64,000 nucleotides of DNA from Leptogorgia sarmentosa (lineage: Eukaryota), in assembly GCA_964658305.1 (NCBI GenBank), contig OZ210885.1:15872001-15936000 (forward strand), in the 5' to 3' direction. Shown here piece by piece: positions 1-12,448 of the stretch. The notes below the pieces were generated by a model. It had not been told where the DNA came from and made no database searches. It saw only the letters and a program-made list of their open reading frames with translations. The position numbers and the translations under genes were made by a program. Position 1 is the first letter of the stretch, and each line of letters opens with the position of its first letter.

Positions 1-270
1 GAAAATGATGTCTGAAGAAAAAAAGCTTTTAAATTTTTTTTTTAAAATCAAAATAAATTTTCAAAAAGAAATTTTCAAAAAGAAATAAAATTTATTCGGA
101 AAATTTCGCTTTTTTTTTAATTAATTATTTTACGAAAAATATTCAAGCATTTTTTTTATATTATTATTTTTTTCTAAATTTAATTTGTTTTAATTTTTAT
201 TTTGCTAAATTATTCATTTCTTGCAGTTGTTAATGTGTTGAATTTACTATGAGAACAATGGGCCACCATA
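1..270. mobile_element. Probable right end of an IS3EU-like DNA transposon extending left of the window
   Basis: An A/T-run-rich stretch ends in CAATGGGCCACCATA (256-270). Its reverse complement TATGGTGGCCCATTG matches the TATGGnnnnCCAT end at 6735. TAY..RTA termini are what I recall for IS3EU. Confidence 0.45.
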
Positions 271-271
271 A

Positions 272-520
272 AGTGCCCCCTTTAGCTAAATGTATTATAA
301 AAGGGGTACCCTTTTTGACCTTATTTTTGACGAGTGGAAAAGCTGAAAAAACTTTTTCACTTTACTTCTTGACAGGTTAGCAGTAAAGCATGGCAGCAAT
401 TTGAAATTAATATATAATCTATGCTAACAGTTTTTCTGCGTAAAATTTGTCGCTATCTTTATGAATAATCAGTAGCAGAATGGAGTGACTCATGCAGAGA
501 GAGATATTAACAACATAATA
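272..520. mobile_element. Kolobok-like non-autonomous element end (right boundary uncertain)
   Basis: TAA|AGTGCCCCC start, resembling the TTAA|AGTGCCACTG end at 59132. TTAA target with an AG terminus is typical of Kolobok. Confidence 0.3.
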
Positions 521-2666
521 TTTAACATAGTGATTTGTGTATTGATAGTATATACTCTATGTATACATCGGATTTTATTCCGTTTCATACTTTGAATATA
601 CTGTAGTGTCACCCACACAATCAAAGAATGCGCAAAATATGCGTTTGCGCGCACAAACTTAATTCGTCAGTGGAACAATATTCATCGTCATAATGCTGTT
701 AGGAAATGAACTCGCCCATATTTTTTCCGTTACGCCCGCGAATGACATCAACTTAAAATTTCCGTTTAACACCTAGCCTAATAGTGCTAACACGCCCCAA
801 TTATCTGGACACTAATCCTAATTGCATTTCCGCCTCGCCTTTACTAGCTAACGTATAAAATAACGCGCGAATTCATATAGTCAGACAGTCTTAGTTTCGC
901 GCTTGGTGAGTTATTATCAACTGTATTCTTTTGTGATGTTACTTTAAAATATGTGAATAAATATTATACGTGTACAAATCTTATTAGTGTTGAGTATTTC
1001 ATATAAAACTTCGCACAATACAACTCGAGCGAATCTCACATACTCAAATACTAAAATACTTTTAACAAATGTTGAATAGGTTGTGATAACATACGGTAGG
1101 CAAATAATGCCTGGTGTAGCTTTATAATAATATGTACGCAGCAAAGCCAAATGAAAGGTCACATTCAGTGCGACTCATCGTGTATGAAATCGAGTTCCAT
1201 ATAATTCAGTGGCATATATTATGGCATTATGATGTATGGACATGCTGTACTGTGAATGTATACACTATATGATAACTGTGCGAATCCAAAACTGACTTAG
1301 TGATCTTTGCTTCATAATATATACCCTTACGTTCCAGCCATTATTTCCATTCCTTATGATGTTCCAAATTATTCATTACATTCATCATATTTATGGTGCC
1401 AAGTCTACAACTTTGGCAATTTAAATTGTGAATGGGAATTTTAGTATATTGTCATATTTCTTTCCAAAAATCCTTTAGTTAAGTTTACTAAAACTTTGTT
1501 TATTTACCATGCTACTGATCAAATGCTATTGATGAATAATGATATAATTTGCTTGATATTTCATTGACAAGTGTACTTGTTGAAAAACTGGCAGGCCAGC
1601 TGAAATTGCCTGAATAGCGAAATTTACCTGTGTAAATGCCACAAAAGGAAATTCCCGAGCCGCGAGTGCGCTGGGACAAGGATGGATGAGGGCCACTGAT
1701 GAGGAGATGTGGCAATAAAATCAATGTCCAGATTTGGGCCACCAATTTTAATACTGTGATTGTTAGCAATTATGGCAGTTCGTTGGTGCGACAATGCAAC
1801 TCCTTTTGCAGTCACTTCAATCCCGAGAAAGAATATGATGAAATCATCGAGATATTAAGAGGACATGCCTGGTGCAGATTTGAAAGCAGTAAAAGGTGAA
1901 ACTGTATAGCTTACATTATTAAATGCAACAAGACGGAAAGCCACAAAGTCTTTAAAATCTACTTCGACTATTCCTGCGCATTTTGTCTACCATGGTGTAT
2001 AACATTGTAGAGAAATGTGACATTTCCTTTCTTCCCTTTTTATTGCAAAGTTTAACTTTGCAGTATTGTGATGAGGGGCGAAAATTCACATCAGTGATTC
2101 AGCTATTCATTCATAGTGTAAACTCCGGGGGGGGGGGGGGGGGAGCGTCCAAAATCCTCCTGATAAGCTTGACTGATATCCTTGGAATGTTTGAACAGAA
2201 ATGATTCGATTGCAGCTATATATCATTATAGGCAGTTGTTCTCATCGATACGATGAGAAATGTGATCAAAGAAGTGCTCAAATACAGTACACAATGGCGG
2301 AGGCCCCTCCGGAATTTCAGTTTTTGCAAAAATTGCAACTCAGCACAATTCTGGGGAATGAAATTACACAATATGGCGGACGCTAAGAGAGAGACTGTGA
2401 ATCAGTAATTCACTATGATGATAATAATATATAATGTGGTAATTATGCGTAATAATATGTTGATAAAGCAGTTAAAATGCCCTTTATATATCAGCAATGA
2501 ATTTAGATATTTTAATTTATTATCATTATTAGTAGAAAACTTGTATTTGGCTCGTCATGCACAATTTAAAGTAGCTACTGTTAACTGCCGCCATGCGTAT
2601 TATTTTAAAACATTTAGTTGGCCGACATTGCCATCGCAATTCGCAAATAGCGGGCAAACTGAGATG

Positions 2667-3017
2667 TGTAACACAGTAGAGCTCGTCACAACAAGATAGC
2701 CATAATTTTAAATCGTATTTAGTTAATATGGTTGATGATAGCCAACATATTTGCAAGCTTTCGCATTTATAGCTTTTGTGTTTGTTTTCCCCGCCTTTGA
2801 CTCGCAGTTGTTTGTTTAACCAGACATATCAGGGATTTACAGAATTTTCGATTCTAAAAGAACTAAACCATATACAGGGATACAAAAGTAAATTTGACAT
2901 TGGCCTGATACTGTTAATAAACTTTATCTTATTACGACTGTGACGTCACCTTTATATATATTTAAAATGAAGTAACTAATTAGTGGTAGCTAGGCCCCAG
3001 GCTCACAGATTAGGACA
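2667..3017 (+). repeat. Possible 5' LTR of the truncated BEL/Pao element
   Basis: Starts TGTAACA, has AATAAA near 2917 and ends ...GGACA just upstream of gag. No second copy is available to confirm it. Confidence 0.25.
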
Positions 3018-3059
3018 TAAATATGCGGTTGGCGGCCATTTTCCTTTTTTTTGTCTGAA

Positions 3060-5315
3060 CATTGTCTTCGAGGCAGGATAGAGCAATTCGTGTAAGTCTA
3101 GTATGAATTGTTTATTTGTATTTGAAGTCGAAGTCGAAGAAAATATGAAAATATTTTGGTGGATACAACATTCACATTCAATGAGATTACGAAGGATATT
3201 CAAAGACAGACCAAATGAATAGATGAAGCGACGAAAAGTACAGAGAACATAGAAACCGCGATAGAATCACTTCAACAAGTAAAGACACAATATATGAAAG
3301 TTATTGACGAGTTAGAGCAGCTTTCCCTTCAAGACAAGTGGGGAGAGTCGAAGGAAGTTAAAAAGACAGTCGAAGTAGTCGGCCCAAAGTATTTAAATCT
3401 CTTAGAGTCAAAAATCCAGGAAATTTCGTCTGTGAAGGAAGTCTCCCATCACCGGCACGAACAATCACGTACTGTCAGAGCACCGTCAAAAGAGTCAATC
3501 CGCTCGGCCAGAACAAGAGTATCGAAAGCTAGTTCATCCGTTGAACGTATTTGCGGAGATAGCAGCGGCACAGAAGCAAGTTGAATACGATATTCTTATT
3601 GCCAAGAAAGAAAAAGAAAGAAGGGCACTTGAAGCGGAGGAGGAAAAAAAGCGTGTTGAAGCAAAAGCAAAATATGATCACGAAATAGCAGTTCTCAAGG
3701 CCAGAATGAATGCAGTAACTGCGGAAGCAAAGCTGAATGCCATGGAGCAATTCACAGACGTGGAACAGACTGAATTCGATTCTGGTCGCAGCAGAGATGA
3801 TAAGATGAGCGCTAGAAATGAAGGGAAAACCGAAGCTCAAAGCCTCGAGTCTCAGTGTTATAGAAGATCGTGGATAATCTCTCAGCAGAGTAACCCTAAA
3901 GAATCACCTCATGGTCATCCCACTACATTCGAGAATGGCAAAGCATCAGACAGTGTGAGCGATGTCCCGACCCGACTAGAAAGAGAATATAATGGGGGCG
4001 ACCTTATTACAATCAACAAGAAAGTGATGGAGAGCTTGGCAAGAATTAGTCTTCCTAAATGTCACCCGGATGTATACAATGGAGATGTAACCATGTTCCA
4101 TACATGGAAAAATTCCTTCAAGGGTATGATTCGCGATTGCCATCTGTCACCGGAACAAGAAATGAACTATATGAATATATACACCACAGGCGAACCTCTA
4201 AAACTTGTAAATACCTTTCGTAGACGTCACAGTTCTGATGCATTGAAGTTACTTGAAGACCTGTGGCATGAATTAGAAAGTCGATTTGGCAACGTAGCGT
4301 CAATCTCGAATGAGCTGCTCAAGCGTCTGAGACAAGCAGCAAAATTCGAGGAACCCGATCGGAAGAGATTACAAGCCTTTGCAGACTTATGCGCTGATGT
4401 TGCATCTCAAATGGTAGAATTACCGGGATTGTCCTGTTTGAACTATCCTAGTGTGTTACAACCGATGTTAAGAAATTTACCCGTGTTGATCTGTTCCAAA
4501 TGGGAAGAAAGGGTAGTCCAATATGCATTGAAGAAGAACGACAAGTACCCAGGTTTTAAGGAATTTGCTTCCTTCATCAGGAAACGAGCACTTTTGAAGA
4601 ACCACCCCAACATAACTACTAAGGAATCAAGTGATAAGAGAGGAGTGAAGTGTTCGGACGATCACATCAAATCTTACAAAGGAAATGCTGAAGAAGGCAA
4701 AGTAGTACAGAAAGTTATGAAACACTGTCCCTTCCATGATTTAGACGGACATGGTTTGTTGGAATGTAAAGCCTTTACTCATAAGACTCTTCAGGAACGG
4801 ATCGACTGGATGAGGAAAGCAGGCTTATGCTTTCTCTGTTCGGCAAAAGGTCATCTTTCAAAAGAATGCAAACGAGAGGTTAAATGCACAAAGTGTGGTA
4901 GCTCTCGCACCAGACCATCCTGCATCGGAAAAGGAAAACACCTATTGATGGCGAGGAGATAATATCGAAGCAAACCAAAGTCAATGAGTCAGTTGTCGGT
5001 GGGTGGTCTTGCAGCAAGATAGTCCTCCTTGATGTGTTCCATCCCGATAATGCACAAAACATTGTGAGAACTTATGCAGTGATAGATGAACAAAGCAATG
5101 CGTCTATGATTTGGCCTTCTCTACTGGAACAACTCGGAATCTCAGGGGAAAAGCAGAGATACTGCTTGTTGTCTTGTAGTGGCGCCCGTGAAATGAAACT
5201 CGGTTACAGGGCCCTAGATTCGCCAAGAATCTGAAAGAATGCAAGTTGAAATTGCCAACCTTGGTTGAATGTGACAACATCTAGCGATAAAGGTGAAATT
5301 CCAGTTCCAGAAAAA
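3060..5315 (+). pseudogene. BEL/Pao LTR retrotransposon gag-protease, frameshifted and 3'-truncated
   Basis: ORFs 3294-3584, 3541-4962 and 5034-5234. They show a coiled coil, BEL gag core (PDVYNGDVTMFHTWK...LESRFGN), Cys/His knuckles (CPFHDLDGHGLLEC, CFLCSAKGHLSKEC, CTKC) and a protease-like YAVIDEQSNASM. Confidence 0.85.
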
Positions 5316-5745
5316 GTTTAATTTCCGCAGTTTACTTTGTTTCCTTCCTTAAATATGGGAGTCACTTTTGCTATAATTACGGGAAATTGCCCTTTGAAGG
5401 AATGTATTGAAAATATTCACTAGTAGCCCAGCCACAATGTTAGATGCGTCTTTTGATAACCTTGCACTAATGCCATCAAGCCCTGGAGATTTCTTGGTAT
5501 TAATTTCATTGAGTGTGTCTATTGTTACTTGGAGTGTAATGCTAGTGAAGTTGAATGTGCTACCATTATTGGGAGTCATAAAGTGCATTGGATCAGTGCG
5601 GTTACCTGTGATCTTGTCAGACAACATACTGCCAATTGTAGAAAAATATTGATTGAAAGCATCTGCAATTTTATCATCATCAGTAGTAAGTTGGCCATTT
5701 ATATCTAGTTCTTTAACCTCTGGTTATCCCAGAACATTTGTTCTC
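5316..5745 (-). pseudogene. LINE ORF2 fragment (pre-RT region)
   Basis: KKSPGLDGISARLSK...LVNIFN in ORF 5349-5627 is the KSPGxDG motif preceding LINE RT. Confidence 0.8.
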
Positions 5746-6580
5746 TTGTTGAAAGACCATCAGTAATCAAGCAACAATCCCCTTTCTCTTTGTTAATTGT
5801 AGTTTCTTTCTTCAATGCTTCAAATGATTCTTTTATAAACCCAGGTTCACATTCCAATATACTAGACCATTTCCTGATTAGAGATGGTTGGGATAGGGGT
5901 AAAATTGATCGTACATACTCATATACTTTTGGGGAGTAATAGTCAAGTGTTACAGCAAATTATCTGACAATATCCGAATATCGTCGTCCACAAGAGGCAT
6001 GTGTGACATTGTTTTTGTATCTCTAAAAATTGATAGTTGTAGGGCATCAAATTGGCAATGCATCATTTCAGCATCTTCAGTGACATGACAAGAGTTTTTG
6101 TTGCATTTCATCAATTGTGTCAGATTGATTGTTGTTTTGATTTTGTTCGCCTTAATTGTTGTTGCAATGATTTAATTTTCCTTTTTAATTTCATTTGTAG
6201 ACCTGCTCATTCAGCATTCTTATGTATGCTTTCATCAATTGTGGTGGAGCTGCAACAGTAGTTGTGGTCATATGAAACTTTTTTCCTTTGGTGACAACAT
6301 GGATGTTAATGGCTGTAAGTCACAATGATCTTCTAACTTTCTATGGCTTTGTCTTTGAAATTCCGTATTCTTTGTTGCCTTTGGAAATTCGTTTGGCACA
6401 GCATTTTTTTTATCCTACAGCTTCAATCTGTTGTTGGGTTGACAATATAATCACAGGTCAAGAAATGATTGCTGCAAATGCAACTGGCTGGTGTTGCTTG
6501 CCATTCTTAGTCATGATTCTCATTTCGAATAATATTTTCCCATTTTTCGAGAAGTAGTTTGTTTATTAAGGGAAATCTAG
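5745..6580 (-). pseudogene. THAP-domain P-element/THAP9-like transposase N-terminal fossil
   Basis: Manual minus-strand translation gives RFPLINKLLLEKWENIIR...ICSNHF...KKNAVP (THAP FP/W/CSxHF/AVP motifs). It then gives FAVTLDYYSPKVYEYVRSILPLSQPSLIRKWSSILECEPGF...CCLITD (P-transposase N-terminus). Stops are present, and an AG acceptor lies near 6578. Confidence 0.85.
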
Positions 6581-7377
6581 ACTTGTCGTATTTCAAAATA
6601 TGTTATTTCGTAGAAGTTGAAGTACCAAAAATTATATAAATCTTGTTTCTTCTTTATTTCTCCTTCAATAATAAATTAGATTATTTAAATCTAGTAACTA
6701 AATCTATTTGTCTGGAGGTAACTTATTACACTTTTATGGAAAGCCATAACTGTCAAAAGTGTGCAAACGTCATTACAAACTGAGGTTCGGAATAAGAAGT
6801 GTAGTTATGGCGTTACATATTGATGTAATGACATTACGTATTCATGTTATAACATTATACATTGTCGTTATGAAGTTACATGCACCGCTCATCACTTTAG
6901 GTACTGCGACTATTTAACTATGTGCTGTAGTTAGAACAACCTGCTCATGTTACATTGTTATATAATGTTATTTTGTCTTTAGGTAAGTACATTATCATAT
7001 TACATACGACGATTTCTATATTACATGATGTTGCCTTTGAAAAGTGACATTCTGCCACTACGGCATTACGCTATGATGTTTTGACACGACACGTTCTGCA
7101 GTCTTGTTCTTGATGTGCACTAATTAACGATACAGTTCCGGTTGACCCGGCTTTACCTCACTGAACTCTATATGAATGTATATCATGGAGTTCAATCAAG
7201 TTCACTGCTTTTTGACCTTTCGTGCCAGTCTCCAGCGTTTCAAAATGGCCACCAGCCATGCAAATTTAAAGTATTTTGATAATTTGATATAAATGAGGAT
7301 TTGCTGCATTTCTATATAAAACGTCCCGAAATTTGCCTCGTTTTATTCAAAAAGTCTTCTTACACTGTTCCCAGCAG

Positions 7378-8544
7378 TGGATGATGTGCTAATGAAAGCA
7401 AATCTGGCTGTCTTTGCCGATCGTTTTCGTGATGAAAGAATCGAACCAGAAACCATTGATGGAGTGAGCGATGATGAATTAATCAGGCTAGGTGTGGTAG
7501 GCTGTTGCGATATATCGATATTTTTCGAATATTGATATTTTTCAAAAATTTCATATATTCGAATTCACAAACATCGAAACCAATGCAAATTCCGTCAAAG
7601 TCAACTTCACGAGGCAACATACCCCTATAAAATTGTACGATTCAACCTGAGAGAATGTACTTACTTCGCTGAGAAACGTAATTTTACGCAGCTACGACGG
7701 ATTTGTGGGCTTCCCACAACTCAAGGACTGTGGCAGTTTTGAAATTTTACACTGTGTATCTAATTGTAAGGATCTCTCGCCGATTTCATGCTCTTGGTCT
7801 GTTTGTGATCTTAAACCAAACCTTGGACCACAGACAAAACTTTATCTATGTCAAATTCAGAAGAATCTTTCCACAAAATCTAGTCTGCCTGATAACAAGT
7901 GTCAAGTGAAGGAAGAATATTTATCTTGTCAAAAGCAAGTTCTTGTTACAAAACTTCAACAGCACATGTATGTATGCAGATATGGAAATGCAGTGCCTTT
8001 ATATGAAGAATCAGATTCAGATTTGCCACCATTCTCATTAACCCAATCTCAATCTACACACATTTCACAGGCATCTCCTAGCAATCCCTCTATTACCTCA
8101 CCTCAAGCCATTCCGGCTCAAACCACTCCTGTTCAAACCACCCCAATTCAAAGCACCCCAGCTCAGACCATGGAAGCTCAAACCATTCCAGCTCAAAATC
8201 CCCCACCTACTGAAGCTTCACAACAGCAGATGCCTGATCCCCTAACAGAGGTTATAGATGTAGATCAGATAAACAGTGAAACGACTGATACATCTTCTCT
8301 GGAAGAAGTGGTTGAAAAGGTTATTGTAAAGTGAATCAAGTGTCTGATCCTGTTGAGATTTTAAGATGCCTTCAGAATGAAGTTGTTATTGGATGCCAAT
8401 TGGAAATACAGAATGTCACAGAGAATATTGAGGTGAGCACTAATTACACACTGGTTGACTGTAGCAATTTACTAAACTGCATTTGAGGAGTTAGATTCTG
8501 TTGACAACTACCGCTTTACACTACAAGTGCAGTTCTATGGAGAA
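7378..8544 (+). pseudogene. HECT (G2E3-like) ligase gene, 5' part with SAM-like N-terminus
   Basis: VDDVLMKANLAVFADRFRDERIEPETIDGVSDDELIRLGV is SAM-like. It is followed by FPQLKDCGSFEILHC...KLYLCQIQKNL, a P/T/Q-rich tract, then DPVEILRCLQNEVVIG...LVD..NLL.TAFEEL....NYRFTLQVQFYGE (start of HECT N-lobe) ending at a GT donor. Confidence 0.7.
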
Positions 8545-8699
8545 GTAATTTTTTTATATGATCACATTATGTATATGCATTCTGTAAGTGCTTATTGTAT
8601 ACATATAGTTTACTCACTTAGAGTGTTGTTTTTTTAAGTGATCATTGTATGCCAAGGTGATATTTGTTTGGAGCAAGTCATATACCGGTCTTTCATCAT

Positions 8700-9292
8700 T
8701 CACACTATCAGCATCATCATGTAATCTGCCACTGCCACATTTTCAAGGCCTTTGTCGGTACGTACCCTGCTTCGTAGGCCATAAATTTGAACTGCTGAAA
8801 CAAAGCAATTTAGAATTGTTTCAGCATGATTATTGTCAGCACGTGACAACATCACAGGAAGTCTAGTGAAGCCATCAATTCCACCATTAACAACTACATG
8901 CCATTGAATAAGTTTATGATTAGTATCAATGTGCCAGATATGCATGTCTACGGAGCCAACACCTTTTTCTGATCTCGCCCCCTGTATTGTCTACGCGATG
9001 GATACTATCTCTGTCTTATTCATCGAACTTTAATACCCTTATCTCTAAGAAGTTGCTTTAGCATATTTTCCTCACAAAATGGGAACTCTACCATAAGCTG
9101 ACCAATTATTTCATCCGGATCATCGTCGCTTATGTCGGAAAATTCCACCTTACTCAAATTGTAGCAACACATTCTCCGACGCATTCTCCGGTAAACAGTG
9201 CTTTCTGTAACATTTAATAAATGGGAAATATCTTGAATGGTAAAGTCATCTTCAATGTATGTTTCTAATACTGACACGGGGATACAAAATTC
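8700..9292 (-). pseudogene. IS3/IS481-type DDE integrase fragment (unit 1)
   Basis: HTH ISHLLNVTESTVYRRM; core [25 protein letters not shown]...[10 protein letters not shown] with two catalytic Asp; truncated before the Glu. Confidence 0.85.
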
Positions 9293-9295
9293 AGG

Positions 9296-9725
9296 TGCAC
9301 AAGATATATTTTTTCCTGATAGGATGATATGAAGTGAGAATAATTATGTAATATATAGTAAATCCACGCTCAAAGTTCCTGGGCAAGATATATTTTTTGG
9401 TGATACGATGATGCTCATTTTCTCCCATAAGAAATGAAAGCATCCCAAGCCATCCATGCATATAGTAATGCCTCTATTTTTTGGTTTAAAGTTGGAATTG
9501 TACAACCCACAATTTTTGCCACCCACAAAATAGCCTGTATGGGATGCTTTTGATTGCTTACAGAAAAAAAATTGCTATGACGATACAAAGTGAGAATAAT
9601 GATGTAATATATAGTAAATCTGAGCAACCTCAAAGTCTCTGGGCAAGATATATGTTTTCGTGATACAATGACACGAAGTGAGAGTAATGACCTAATATAT
9701 AGTAAATCTCAGCCATCTCAAAGTT
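9296..9725. repeat. ~88-bp minisatellite, about 3 degenerate units, interrupted at ~9415-9570
   Basis: Repeated AAGTGAGAATAATGAYGTAATATATAGTAAATCTGAGC..CTCAAAGT..CTGGGCAAGATATAT. The same unit resumes at 17084-17186. Confidence 0.8.
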
Positions 9726-9787
9726 TGATATCATTCGAAAGTTCAGTTCATTAGCTTTTAGATGACATGTTTTATGTGGCATTTAGT
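9722..9787. mobile_element. Left arm (terminus lost) of a Tc1/mariner-type MITE
   Basis: AGTTTGATATCATTCGAAAGTTCA...ATGACATGTTTTATGTGGCATTTAGT is an imperfect inverted copy of ~16944-17011. Confidence 0.65.
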
Positions 9788-10216
9788 TAAGAAACCAGTG
9801 AGCAGTGCTTTGGTGAACGTTTTAAGTGAATATGGCATATTTCCACCAATGGAAATTTAGTCCCAAGAGGTTTAAACATCTTAATCATCCTGCAATTATA
9901 ATTGCAATTCAAATATTCAAATTAGTGCAAGTTTTCATATTCAGCAAGCGACAAAGGTGAAAAAGATGGGTCAATTGACAATTGTTGATTAAAAATGCAT
10001 ATCCATTGTCTCGTTTATTCCCGTCAGTGTAAATAAAATGTTGAGAAAATAAATAATAGTCGAGAATAAAAATTTACTGGTTGAGATGAAAAATTCGTAC
10101 GTTGAGATTTATGGAGCACTGTATGAGTAATATTTTTAACACAATGCTGAAAGTGTTATATGCGAGTGTGGTTGAGTTCGTACCCAGTCTTAGTAAATAA
10201 ACACGGTCAAATCAAA

Positions 10217-12448
10217 ATGGCAGAGGATCAGGTTGGAGATCTTAGAGAGTTCTTTTCCTCTTTACTTGAAATTCTTCATAGGACTAATAAAGTTAGTGTT
10301 TTAGACACTGTTCAACTAGAGTTATGCGAGAGGAGACTTGAGGGAAGCCTTGGTATTATTCTAGCACTTTCTTCAGCTGTAGATGAAGCATCAAGTCTTA
10401 AAGACCTTTTAGATGGATTAACTGACATTCTAACTGCAGTTGAACACAGGATTTATTTTAAATTTGCTGAGAAATGCTGTCGTTGCAGAAAACCTGTACC
10501 AAGATGCTCTTCCAAGTACAGGGGGGAGACCAGCATATAATGTAACAAAAGAGCAGATCAATCAACTTCGCGAGACTGGCATGAATTGGAGAGCCGTGGT
10601 GAAGGTCCTTAGGATAAGTGACAGCACATTGTATAGGCGTAGGCTGGAGTTAAACGTGGCCAAGACATTCTCACCAATTCAGGATGATGAACTTGACCGC
10701 ATAATTCAAGATATATTGAGCTTAACTCCCTACAGTGGTGAAAGCTATGTTAAAGCAGCCCTCCAGGGTTGAGGAATTGCAGTTCAGAGAGCTAGAATAA
10801 GAGAAAGTCTCTTTCGTATTGACCCTGTTGGGAGGGCAATAAGACGACGACGTCAGATTGTCAGGAGGACATACAATGTTACTTTTTCAAACCACCTCTG
10901 GCATATAGACTCCAATCAAACTGATCTCTTGGAGATTCGTCATCCATGGATGTATCAGTGGCTTTAGTTGTGCAATCATTTATCTCCATTGCTGTGTGGA
11001 CAACAAAGCCGTATCAGTTTTGGAATTTTTTGAAGGTGGTGTCCATGACTTTGGTCTTCCTAAGAGGGTCTGTGCTGACCGTGGGATGGAAAATGTGGAA
11101 GTTGCACGGTAGATGATCAGAACCGAGGGTTAAATAGAGGCAGCTTTATTGCAGGAAGAAGTGTCCACAACCAAAGGATTGAAAGGTTGTGGGCCGAGGT
11201 TAACAAGGTGAGCTCAGCTGTTTATATAGACTTATTTCGCTTCCTTGAAGGCTATGGCTTGCTGGACTCACTAAGTGAGATGCACCTTTATGCTTTGCAC
11301 TTTGTTTATTTGCCTCGAATAAGTGCTTCATTACAAGAATTTCGGCAACAATGGAATCACCATGGTTTGTTTACTATGAATCACCAGTCTCCTCTGGCCA
11401 GTGCCAGATTATCTAGGGGGCAATTGGGCCATTTGCCCCCGGCTCCAGCTCAAAAGCTTGTTTACCGGCCCAAGAAAAACAATGTAAAAAAACTTTCAGT
11501 TACTGTGGGTTTCGAAAAAACAAATTTTGATTAAAAATTGGTCAATTGAAAGCCAGGAAATTCTAGAGTCCTAAATTACTCAAGAATTATCTGCATGTAT
11601 AGACAGATTGCAAACTTCAACCTACTTAGCATCATAGGCGTACGAGGCCGGCGGCCCCAAAAAAATTCAAATTGGAAAATTCGGGCACTGATTTTGAGCA
11701 TAATTCGGGCATCATGAGGAATAGGTTGAAGGAATAAGGTAATGTCAACAATCCTCCAGTCGTTCACCTGAACGAGCGTACCAAGAAAGTGGAGTTAGGA
11801 CTTTGAAATCGCCGTTTCCGGCAATCCGAGGTTGTAAAAGTTCAAAAATTTCTCGCTCGGTGCCAACCATGGTGGCGCCTCGTGACATTCGCTCCCCTCA
11901 AATTCGGGCAAAGATAAACTTTCTGCCCCCCTCTGAAAAAATGTACCATGTACGCTTATGCTCAGCATTGAACACAAAATACTAGACTCACTTAATTTAA
12001 TGTCGCTGTGGTAAATGCCACTATCATGTTAAAATGCTATTCCCTATGTTCATGCATATTATCGTTTTTGACTATATAACGGACAAGACTTTCAATTTCA
12101 TTACATATATGTTTCATGTTTTCATATTCACCAAATTACGGCCCTTTAATTTTTGTTTGTCCCCGGCCCAATGACGGGTTAATCCGGCGCTGCCTATGGC
12201 ATACAGGTATGCTAAATCACATGCAAGATTTTGAAGGGGATACAACATTTTATGGCACAGATTTTTATCAAACATTCACTAACATCCAATCAGACAATGT
12301 TACTGTTCCTGAAACTGCTGTTGTCTTAACACCAGAGCAGATTGATCTTCTGGAACAATCTATACACCCTCTTGAAGATGATGGTAATCATGGTATCAAT
12401 CATTACACGAATGCTCTTGACATTTTGCAAAGCTTCAATTTAGATTGA
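10217..12448 (+). pseudogene. IS3/IS481-type DDE integrase, full length but decayed (unit 2)
   Basis: Start [53 protein letters not shown] (Glu ~34-35 residues after the second Asp); WNHH..SPLALW; acidic tail DDGNHGINHY. Stops and frameshifts are present, and it is split by the 11399-12192 insertion. Confidence 0.9.
11399..12192. mobile_element. Non-autonomous hAT-like element (794 bp)
   Basis: TIRs CAGTGCCAGATT / AATCCGGCGCTG, flanked by CCTCTGGC and CCTATGGC (8 bp, 1 mismatch). Confidence 0.75.

Larger units (their letters stand above)
6735..9295. mobile_element. IS3EU-like integrase+HECT element, unit 1 (internally deleted, right end lost)
   Basis: Starts TATGGAAAGCCATA, followed by subterminal ACATTA-rich repeats, then a HECT-type gene (+) converging on a DDE integrase gene (-). 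Confidence 0.7.

Noticed and set aside
944..2756. Short ORFs and the G-run at ~2127-2143
   Set aside because: No recognisable motifs or consistent exon structure; left unannotated.
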